DNA from: Ginglymostoma cirratum
Lineage: Eukaryota
DNA length: 64,000 nucleotides
Direction of reading: 5' to 3'
Assembly (NCBI GenBank): GCA_024137785.1
Contig: JAHRHZ010000058.1
Coordinates: 14,804,831 to 14,868,830, forward strand
Numbering within the stretch: the first letter of the stretch is position 1; each line of letters starts with the position of its first letter. A program made the position numbers and the translations under genes. Under the pieces are notes generated by a model that was not told the origin of the DNA, did no database searches, and saw only the letters and a list, made by a program, of their open reading frames with translations. Below are positions 53,450 to 64,000 of the stretch, one piece after another.

Positions 53450-55690
53450 TCCTAGCATGCATTGACAGCTTACCTATCAAGGCCTGTGAAAAACCTGTCT
53501 GACAACTCCGGTTTAAAAGATGCATGTACTTAAAAGCGAGTGGTTGCACATGGGGAATGTACTGATTCAGATTGTAAGAAGCTGCAAAATGGTTTTTAAG
53601 TGTCCTTCAGCCTTTGCTTGGGCTGTGGGAATTAAGGGGTGTTGTGGGATTGGAGCGGAGTGGGGGTGGTGGGAACAAAACCACAAAGACATAAACGAAA
53701 TGCAAGAAAATTCAGGCTGCAGTTCTACTGTTTTTGGATTAAGTCTGACAATGCAAGAGGTTCCACGACAGAATCCCTTAGTGAGGATGGTGAGGAAGCT
53801 TGCCAGATCTTCTGGCAAACAGTCAGCTGCTTGGCTGCTGGAACGCTTCCTGCTGGAAGCAGGGACCTGGGAATCCCAGTCGGCAAGAGCTGCTGGCAAA
53901 TCAGAGACTCAGCAGTGCCATTGCAGAGCCCATTGCTGCTCCTGGTACAACATGCCCTGGACTGCCAGGATGATGGATTGCCCATGGGACAGTTAAGAGT
54001 TGTTTAATGGGGTATCTTGGGGTGGGGATTGCAGTGAGAGGGAGCAATGGGATTTGGAAGCAAGGGCAGGAGAGTGACACCCAGCAGCCACCCCACTTAC
54101 CCATGGTCTAGTCCCTCAATGGTGATTTTGAAGATTGAGAAACCCCACCCCAAACTGACCATCCGCCCCCTCTTGTTAACTAATTGGTCCAGCTGACTCC
54201 TCCTTGTTATGCACGGAGCTTAAATTCTTGCACCCTAGAGGGGAAACAGATCCTTAGGTGAGCATTAATTGACTACTGAAGAGTTAGGGTTGCATGGTTG
54301 GCAAGATAGGAAGATGATTCTTGGGCCTTCCAGTCCAAAACTTGGAGACAATGGAGGGAAAGCTGATGGAATTCTGGGATGCCACAATCCCACCAAATTA
54401 ATTCCATTTTTCTCCTCAAAGCCTGCCACCTCTCGACCTGGAAGATTGTGCCCCCAGTCTGGATACTGTGGTGAAGTTGCTCAGTAATGCAGCACATAAC
54501 CCCGTACTGATTATGGTAAAATAAGCATGTTGGTCCATGAAGGTGAGCCTGTAGAGAGTTGCTTTTCTGGCACTTTAGTCCTTCTTCTTCAGAGCTTAGC
54601 AGTACACCTTACCTGTCAACAAGCTCAACACTCCCCGGGGCATCTGAACCACCCTAAAATTGCTAACTTATCCAGTGATACTTCCCTTTTAATTTTCACA
54701 CTCTTTACTGCCTACACTGCCTGCTTCTGCTGATGTTGTGCCAGAGTTCTCTTCTTTATTAAACACTGATACAAAAACTCATTAAGTATCCTAGACTTGC
54801 CCGTTCCATTTGGCATTTATCCTCTTTGACTCTATTAGGACTAGCTCCACCCTCTACATTCTCATTACTACTTATATGATGGTAGGGTATTTATAAGTTC
54901 ACTTTTATGTTAACTACCCTTGTGAGAACGTTGGAGCAGAACACTTAGGTATTTAAGGACTTGGTGACCTTTTCATTTGAAAGGATGTTTTTTCAAAAGA
55001 GTACTGCAAGGGCCAAAAGATTGCTGTGGCTATAAATTCACTGACTGTCTAGCAAAGTCCTTTGTGGACCTATTGAATGTCACACCTGTACAAAGTCAGG
55101 GAAATGCCAATCAGAAGGATTAAAAAGGAAGAGATAACAAGAGGCTGGCCACCTACTGTACTCACACCAGGAAGCCAGGTTCGGCAGACTTACCCTGTGT
55201 CTTACCCTTCCAGGGATATACTAAAAAAAGAGGTTTTAAACTGACTGCAACCCCAGTTGGAGTGTGCTAGTGGTCTGACATCCAAGTTTGTGAATTAATG
55301 TGGTGCGATGGCCACAACCAGAAACAGTCATTAAAAATCCATACACTGCTGATAAAGAAAGGAAAAAGCCACTTCCTTACTCTAAGTACTGCCTTCCAGC
55401 CACCATCGAAAGGAACCAGGACAAAAGAATTTCATTCAACCTGCAAAGCCAAGCTCTTAACCACTAACATCAATGTTACCAGTACCATCCAGTATAATGG
55501 CCACAACAATCTACTGTTTACTCTTCACAACTGACTCATTGATTCTTGTATCTTTTTAGAAAACCCATTTTAATGATTCACTTCTTGTTCCAAATTTGTG
55601 TGTTCGTGAAGTTCCCAAAGAGAGTCATACTGCAATCAAATTTTAACTATGTTTCTCTTTCCATAGATGCTGCCAGACCTGCTGAATTTC

Positions 55691-55756
55691 TGTGTGTGTG
55701 TGTGCGCGTGTGTGTATGTGTGCGCGTGTGTGTATGTGTCTGTGTGCGCGTGTTGT
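55691..55756 (+). repeat. Interrupted (TG)n microsatellite at the end of a decayed family-B PLE fragment (about 55605-55690)
   Basis: tg run with gcgc and ta interruptions, preceded by 'ccatagatgctgccagacctgctgaatttc'. Confidence 0.9.
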
Positions 55757-56764
55757 GTTATTTCTTCTCATGTTTAGCAACTAAAAAAACTCTCTCTTTC
55801 ATTAACTCAAGAAAGCATGATTAAATTGCTTCCTTTATCAGCCACAATTGAATGGAGGATAAGTCTTGATGTGTCAATTGGCCTAATTCTGCTCCTAAGT
55901 CTTATAGTCTTATACATTCATTTGGCCTGGGAAGGGAAAGAACCCTTCTTAAATTAACTTTGTTGTGACCAACTGAGGAAGCAGGTAGGTAAAGAAGGGG
56001 AACCCATGAATCCCTACTCACCCATGTGCTTATTGATTTGTGCAATCTGTCTAGAACTGTAACAAATTGAGGATACTCACCCAGGGATTGGTCATAATAC
56101 CACTCTGTTCCCGTACTCAATCTTTGTCAGCCTTATTTCTCCCTTCATCTCTTCATTCAACTTATTGTATTTGACCTGGTTCTCACACTAAGAATTTACC
56201 TGACATGCATCATACACCTTTTTTTTGTTTCATCATAATATCTCTCTCTCATCATCCAAGAACCATGTTTAGGCTCCCTTACCTCTCAGCTTTGTTGAAA
56301 TATACCTAGTATGTAGCTGAAGCAACACTTCCTTAAAGACCAGATTTTCCTGGTTCCATTGCAGCGCGGTTAGATCTGTTCTCATCACATTGAAATAAGT
56401 CCTGCTTGAGATTAGACATTTGAAAATAGACTGTTCTTTGATCTTCTCCATTACTTAATTAAGCGTTATGACATGACGGTCACTCTGACCAGAAGGCTCC
56501 CCCTCAGATACATGGTCCACTTGGCCAACCTCATTTCCCAGAACTAAATCTAGCAACGCCTCCTTTCTGGCTGAGCCAAGAACATACCGATCAAAAAATC
56601 TCTCTTAGACACATCTCAGAAAATCCTCCCCTTCCTAATTTTTAAACTAATATCCCTTTGGGTATTTGAAGACCCCCCAATATTACTACTTGCACACCTG
56701 TGGTCTCTTTGTTTCTCTCATGTTAAAACGAAGCACACAGCACACAGTTTAAAATGGGAGACTT

Positions 56765-57108
56765 GGTGGCACAGTGGTTAGCACTGTTGCCTCACAGCAC
56801 CAAAGACCCAGGTTTGATACCATCCTTGAGTGACTGTGTGGAGTTTGTATGTTCTTCGTGTGTCTGTGTGGGTTTCTGCCAGGTGCCTTTGTTTCCTCCC
56901 ACAATCCAAAGATGTGCAGGTTAGCTGGATTGGCTATGCTAAAATTGCCCTGTCGTGTCCACAGATGCACAGGCTAGGTGAATCAGCCATGGTAAAATGT
57001 GGGGTTATGGGGACAGGGTGGGCAGATGGGATGCTCATTGGAAAGTTAATGCAGAATCATTGGGCTGAATGGCCTCTATCTGCACTGTAGGGATTCTATG
57101 ATTCTGTG
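56765..57108 (+). mobile_element. Full-length HE1-like V-SINE
   Basis: tRNA head 'ggtggcacagtggttagcactg...ggtttgatacc', V-domain 'tgtgtggagtttg...tttcctcccacaatccaaagatgtgcagg', CR1 tail 'attctatgattctgtg'. Confidence 0.9.
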
Positions 57109-60029
57109 AAAATAATGGACTCACAGAGGACTCCAGAAGAACACTAATCTGACAGTGCATTGCATTATGTTAATATATGGCACAGGTTCACATTGAATTC
57201 ATCTAAGCCATGATGGTGAAATGGGTGTCAGTATTGTCCATAGAGGTCCAAGAAAAGGCAATGGAAATTGGGAGATATCTCACAGGTGTAACATTGTATG
57301 GATCCACATAGGACTTTGCTAGCCACTGAATCAACCATCTTTTGGCTGTAGCAGTGCTCTGTTGAAAAACACATGTTGAAATTAAAACTTTAATCCTCCC
57401 ATAAATACTCAATATTCTGATTTCAGTCAATATGAAGCATAGCTTGCCACCCAGCAAGGGTAACGCAGCAAGCATACCATTGAAAAAATGCTCCGGCATG
57501 AGCAATCCAATACTGTATCATATTGGTGCTCTCAACGTGCTAGTGAGCTAGTTCATTGGTTTCCTTACAAGGTTAAATTCCACAGGTGGGTTGTAGTTGG
57601 TTTATGATTGGGAAGTGCCTGAAATAGCTGATGTCTAGAGCCTTCTTTGCAGCAAGTCTGCCAGACTTTAACTCTTTTAGTAAATTTAACTTCTGGCATG
57701 AAGACAAACCCATTTCCCCTTCCTTAGGAACTTTGTCCTTCACCCCCCTTTTTTGACCATGATAAGATTTGGTTGCTATGCTATAGTCAGGAGTAAATAA
57801 GAGCACAAGTTGAGTAACAGTGGAAAAACTGGCATCATATAAAACATTTGGAAATTATTGAGCAATTGTCAAATTCACCAGGCTGGTTTGATGTGTTTGA
57901 AATAGGGATTAATTTCATTAGCACATCTGCAACATAAGTTGCAATTGCCTATACTTGTCAGGACTAGTTGGGATTTGATCAAGTTTGAGCACAGTTGCAT
58001 AAATGCCATCACGTATGTTCCGCAGATGCCAATTTTCAAGAATGGCCTTAACTTGAATTTTGTTCAGTTGTTTGACTTTTTGCCAATTTCAGGACCAATA
58101 GTTATCCTTAACTAAATTCCGTGCAACTTGGAGTAACAATTCTAACAGACATTTCTCTTTCCAGCCGTGAAGTGCCAAAAAACACTGCCCTGACTGAGTC
58201 CAACTAACTCAGCGCAGGCCAGTGATTGGTCTGGATGACTCACACATATCAGGTGGTGCTTTTACCAATTAATTCATGGGAGAACTGACATAATCAGCTT
58301 GGAAAGTACTGCATGTAATGTTGTCATGCGAAGGTCCACTATTTCAAAAGAAGCAGTGAGCCTCCTCCACTACAACTGCAAAGGGGTGGGGAGATTGAGA
58401 AAATGGACTGACCATCCTTCCACTAACATCTGCTACTGCGATTTCCTGGTATTGTTTTCTTAAAAGTTCAGAAATCAACATTTCATCAACACAGGAATCT
58501 TTGCATTTTGGACTACAGTCTGACAAAAATGCACCATTACAAAATAAAACCAGATAGTTACAGATAGTCAAAGACACAACACATGCATTTTTGAATGGCG
58601 AGTAAAAGATGACAAACATTCTTTGTGTAGCATCAATCCAAATCATTTGTTGTCATTATCCAACTAGAGATTAGTGTAAAATAAAACCCAGTTTTATATG
58701 AATTATTAATATGCTTAATCTTGGTCATGTGATTTATGACTCCAGTGTCTGTTTCGTTAATTTGCCATCAACAGTTGCCCGTATCATCCACCTTCCAGCT
58801 TTGCAGCTTTTTGTAACCTAGGGCTCAGCTCCTTACTGTGTAGCTTACTAAAATTCAATTTTACGTTACTTAAATATACTGTGAAATATACCATCACATC
58901 TGCTTCTAATATCATGCATCTCGAAGTCTGAAAGCATTAACAGTTGGTTTTGGTAGAGGAAGACAGACGGTGGTGGTGGGTGGGGTTGGTGAATGGAAGG
59001 TTTTGCATTACTGTTGAGTTTCTGCTGAAAGTACCATAAAGGGTTGCAAGACAAATTTAGGTGTTGGTACAATGAAACAACAAAAAAATCAATTTTAATC
59101 ATTATGGGTTAGAGACGTGGTTGCTTGACATCTGCATATCAGGATAATTTCCCAAATGGGAGAAAAGTATCTGAGGGGGAAGATCAATCAAATGTGTGAA
59201 GATGGAAGCTTTAATTTACTTTCAACATTCAGCTGTCCATCTGTTTTAGATATAACTTGATTTTTTTGGGGGTTGTTGGGGGTGGGAGGGGAAGCAAAAT
59301 GGTTTGTTACTCAAAGATCTCTTATTTTTCCACAAATGCCTGTTGCTTTAGAAGTCCTTTAACATTGTACGTTGATTGTTTCAATTTTTGAAATGTGGCG
59401 CACTTTGCACCATTGTGCTGTGTTCTACTGTGTCCATCTGACTTAACGTCTTTAGCTGTTAGGTCGCATGATGAGAATGCATGTTGTATTAGGCAGGAAA
59501 TTGTCTTTTCAGTTGTGTAACTGGGACCTGTATCCAGCTCAGGGTGAAGGGATGAAAGACACCTCAACTGGATAGTTGTAAAGAGTTTGAGCTACCCTCA
59601 ATACATTCGCAAGGTTTACAGCACAGAATTGGAAATAATTATCAACTCAGTTAGATAAAGCATAAAGATGACTGGTGCTTTATGATACTTTATGAGTTTG
59701 ATACTGAGGCTTTTTGTGTGAAAGTTTTGGGAGCTTTTTGCATGGAATTTAATGTCACATTCAACCTGACTGGGGTTTGGGCTAGTGCTCATGATTGGAC
59801 ATACTGTTCCTCACTGACAACAAGGGATGGAAGCCAAAGCTTGTCCTCTGTGAAACGTCCCTGCCCCCAACTTATCTTTATCATTATTAATGTTTTCTGT
59901 TGTCAGAGGAAAATTACAAATTGTGGTATTAGGAATCCTTGTGATAGCATGATCTGTGGCAGGGATTTCATCCTGAGACATCTTGCCAGCAGCCATCTTT
60001 ATAGGCTTGCTTTGCTCCTTTTCAGCAGA

Positions 60030-60475
60030 ATGTTTGTATGCAAAGTGATTTGGTTTTTTGCAGTTATAGTGCTGCTTTCCCTGTACTAGATGTGTTTCCT
60101 TTTCTTTTGTGTGGTATTGCCTTCAATATTTACATACTATATCTCACCTTGGTCTTTCTGCTGGCCTTTCTGGAAATATTTTAAACAAATGCTATTTGTA
60201 AATAACATGTGTAGTGGGTTTAAAATTGCACTTCAAGGCATTCCAAAATTTCTCCAGTCTGGCTTTTCTGCTCTTCAATGAGATCTCGAGTGCAAACCAG
60301 CTTCACACATTCTTTCCCTAGCACTCATAACAGATTTGGAACTCTCAGTTGTTCGATTTTTCTGGTTAACTCTGTGGCTATCTCATAATTTTACCATTGA
60401 GACTAGAAGAAGATTCAATTCTTTTCACATCGTGTTTTATCTCCACTGCAACAGGGGTTGGAAAATTTATAGCTG
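60030..60475 (-). pseudogene. Ty3/Gypsy gag relic (N-terminal region fused to zinc-knuckle region)
   Basis: Manual translation: 'NFPTP../KN*IFF*SQW*NYEIATEL..LRVPNLL*VLGKEC..ILECLEVQF/KPTTHVIYK*HLF', then 'CKY*RQYH...GKQHYNCKKPNHFA' (60134-60030). Confidence 0.75.
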
Positions 60476-63258
60476 TATTGTGCTGATTCATGATGTATAA
60501 GACAATGGTTCTGAAAGGGTTAATGCTGAAGACCACAATAAGCTCCATTCAGTCCGATGATGTCATAAAGACTTGGGTGGGAAACGTCAGAGCATTTTAG
60601 GATTTTGAAGGGGATAGACCTGTAATCCTGTGACTCCAGTGTCAGTGTCTGTCTTATTCATGTGACTTGTACATGATTATCGTATCATGCTGTAAACTGT
60701 GTCTTGTTTAAGAGTTTCTTCTAATTATACTGCCTAGTAGTTTTCTTCTCCCATTTTAGAGCAGGTAGGTCCCATGGATCCAGTCAGAAAAGGAGAATGG
60801 TAGGAGCGATCCATCCAACCACACATTGCATGCTGGTATGATAACTCACCAAACAGTATAGCTGCAGCCTGAAGTTATAATTATTCCTCATCGTTTCCTG
60901 AAGTAGCTGAATCTTTTATTGCTCTCAAAATCCACCAAATTTCAACTGTCCACTTCTAATACCCTGTTCCAAAGACTGGTTGTAATGGCTTCTGCCTTTA
61001 AACCTGTAAACAGAAAACAACTACGTCAGAGGTCACATGACTATGGAAGTTAAGGCATACAAGCTACAGTGTGAAATATGCTTTTCCAAACACCCCCACC
61101 CTCCAGCCATTTCCAACACCTGAAAAAGCTGATTGCAGCATGCATGCTATAAGGCAGCATCGCAATTAGGACTGGAATACTGGGCCCCAATATCAGCAAC
61201 AAGCAGTCCTGGTTCTGATATAGCAGCTTTACATGTAGTAAAGTTGAATGTACTCTGACACAACTTCTGATGATATGTTTTAATTTGTTACACTACCCAT
61301 CTTGCATGATGCATGCATGAAATTGTGGCAAGACTTTCCTAAAAGGGCCATTACTGCCGTCAGACATTCATTTTATCAGTCCACGTCAGATTTGAAGCTG
61401 ACCCCAGAGGTAGGAGGCCACTGTCTGACACATTGCAGCATCCCATCTTCAAATGCAATCTTTCCTTAAATTCAAACATTCATTTTTGCATTAAGCATCT
61501 ATTCTTTGGCTTGTTTATTATTTTATTGACTAAATAAAAGTAGTGAATGGTGCTCATTGAAGGGTGAAAGCACATTAAAATTAAAATTCAGGAATTTGAG
61601 CTCATTTTCCATGAGCTCTCAATAGCACATGATATAACGTTTTGCTGTGTTCCTGCACTTTGTCAGTTAAATGCAAACTGAATTGAGTCACCTTAGCCTG
61701 GCAATACCCCAAACTAAACGTTGTTTGGGGCTCAGGTTCTTGATGTTTTAACATGGACCTAATAATATATATATTGTACTCAACACCATCCCTGCAAAAA
61801 AAAATTACATTTGGGGAAAAAAAATCTGCTACTTTCCTTACCTAATTAAACAAAGTCATTTAATTTATCTCATTCCCTAAACTGAAACTCAGCTATAGAT
61901 ATGAATGCTTCACAGTTAAAGTAGATGCTCACAGCAATTCCCTCTTGAATGGTTTGATTTGTTTCTTATGACTGCTGATTAAGTTTTATGTTTTCTAAAT
62001 GTGTTATATTCTTTTATTTTGAGTTGGTTACCAGATTCAGCACTGTCCGCTGCCAGCTCCTTGTATCTGTGTGTTCATTCTTGTCTTCTGTCAGAAGTTC
62101 CTGTGAACAGCTGCATGTGAATCCAGTTTCATGTATATTCCTTTCCCTTAAATTCTGAGCATATTGATCTTTAATCAAGCACAAGGTAGGTGTCAGCATA
62201 TGCTTTGCTATTATCCACACATTTTTCTTATAGCTTCATCATTGGTCATGTTATTCTCCCTCGTGACACCCAGCACTGTCTTTGCACAGTATGTTTCAGG
62301 AGCATTCAACCTGTAGTCTTGTACCTTTTTCTGGCACTAGTTTTTAGTGTCATATCAAAGCGTTGACTGAATGTTTGCCTCATACAATCTGTCTTTTCAC
62401 AGCACACAATACAAGTCTCCACCTTTAGGACCGTTTATGCAGGCCATTGACATACTTTTAGTTGATCAATGTTCACAATAGGTTAATACCAATTTCACTT
62501 TGATAACATCAACTAGCAAAATAATTGGTATAGAAAGTAGCATTACAACCTTCACAATTTTGAGTTTTATTTAGTGAGAATCTATTCTGTGGTTCATTTG
62601 ACGATCCCTGCTTCAGTTCATTCTGTTTACTTCATGCACACTTAAGAGTTTAGATTGTTTAATTGTTAACTACTCCTAATGGAAAATCTGTCTCATGTCT
62701 CAGCTAACTGAAATGCCAGGCACAAGCAGAGTCTGGAACACAGTCTAAAGGTGATATTTACTAAATTAGAAAGGAACTGAGACAGCATTAATTGTAAACT
62801 TGATGAAAATTCTGTGTATAGTGTTCACCATCTCGCATGTGAGTACAACATCTCTTCATTGTGACAAATGTACTTTAGAATTCTACATATTTTCATAGAT
62901 ACCAGTGGCCATAATTTATAGTTTAATATGTGTTTCATTAGTAGCAACAAATGAGTTCTTACTCTAGTCCCTGGATAGGATCTCAGGCAGTGTTTTAACA
63001 TTATATTGTAGGGGTATATTTATATAAAACCACCTCATTAACCTTCAGGATGGTTGGAGTAGCTGCTCAGTTTTATAATGAAGAATTTGTTATTACCTCC
63101 AACATTTTCTCCTCATCTTCAGCAGGCAGTACCTGCTGGCAGTCTGTGACAGACCTTTTGTATCTTGTTGAAATGGTTATTGCATTCTCAGAAAGGCTAT
63201 TCAGCCCAAATGATGAGTGTGGTTCATCAAAGTAATTAAAGAGTTTAGTTATCTACCC

Positions 63259-63660
63259 ATGCTCAGTGGTACCACTTTGTTTCTGAATTAGTTGGTCATA
63301 GGTCAAGCCCTGATCTAGATCTTGAACCATTAATCTAGGCAATACAAAAGGAATACTCCACTTTCAGGTCAGTACAGTGAACGTGCTGAACTGTTTGAGG
63401 TGCCGTCTTTCAGATGAGATATTAATCCAAGATGGCAGCCCTCGCAGATGGTTGTTCAAGATCTCATTGCACTATTCAAAGAAGAACTTTGCTGGTTACT
63501 TATATACAAACATACAAGTAAGGAGCAGGAGTATATCGTTAGGCTCCTTGGAATCTGTTTTACTGACTTGGGTCATACGTATCCATTTTCCAAAGCAGAT
63601 ATTTTGATAATCTGTCACATTGTTATGTTGTGTGCAGATTGACAGTGGTATTTCCTTATA
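63259..63660 (+). mobile_element. Deu-domain SINE (SacSINE1/AmnSINE-like)
   Basis: tRNA-like head 'gctcagtggta', core 'gaggtgccgtctttcagatgagatattaa...aagatctcattgcactatt..aagaaga'. Confidence 0.7.
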
Positions 63661-64000
63661 TTACTATGGGGACTGTCATTCTTGATGTTAATTTGGATTT
63701 TAAAAGCCTGAAGATTGTATGGAAATTACAGTATTGAGGGGGAAAAAGATTTCCAGTTTTGAGGTGCTTAAAAGGAGCAAGCTTCAGTAATAGACATTGA
63801 GGAAGCCTGAATCCAGTGCATACAGAAAGGTAATATATAAATGAAGGTGAGGAGCTGAGCTCTTGAGCTGAATGCATCTCGGGAGCGACAATACAATTTT
63901 CACCAACTTAGTTTTGAATTCAGGTAACATTTTCATAATCTTTTGGTTGCACATGAGGAAAGACAAAAGGTGTTGTTTTATTTTTGATGACTGTCCAATC

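Noticed and set aside
53520-54104. Cluster of overlapping ORFs up to 158 aa
   Set aside because: No recognisable domain, open on both strands, and GC-rich like repeat sequence.
56765-56840. tRNA gene
   Set aside because: tRNA-derived SINE head continuing into a V-domain and CR1 tail, with no complete cloverleaf. The same applies to the other tRNA-like heads.
58344-58646. 100 aa minus-strand ORF as a host exon
   Set aside because: No recognisable motif or convincing splice boundaries.
60963-61003. Minus-strand candidate exon after a good acceptor
   Set aside because: Weak donor (gtatta) and no recognisable peptide.

Overview
Vertebrate-type (AT-rich, CpG-depleted) non-coding DNA, most likely a shark or other cartilaginous fish, judged from HE1/V-SINE-like and Deu-domain SINEs and abundant CR1/L2-group LINEs. 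No intact host gene is recognisable, so this is probably a large intron or intergenic region, and nearly all listed ORFs are chance frames or transposon relics. The window holds decayed CR1, L2-group and Rex1/Babar LINEs (several nested), a Ty3/Gypsy gag relic, spliced Harbinger-type Myb/SANT relics, MITE-like hairpins, and a GIY-YIG Penelope-like element (PLE) with many short derivatives. The main signal is about ten minimal hammerhead-ribozyme (HHR) motifs from two PLE families. Several sit in 110-200 bp head-to-head insertions with 11-13 bp perfect target-site duplications (TSDs), one arm carrying a ~33 nt tail and the other lacking it. In the two long hairpin copies the non-palindromic spacer is the HHR core, the inverted arm stops at the predicted cleavage site, and the two arms share copy-private variants. 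All calls were made by eye. Family names are provisional and the boundaries of old repeats are approximate.
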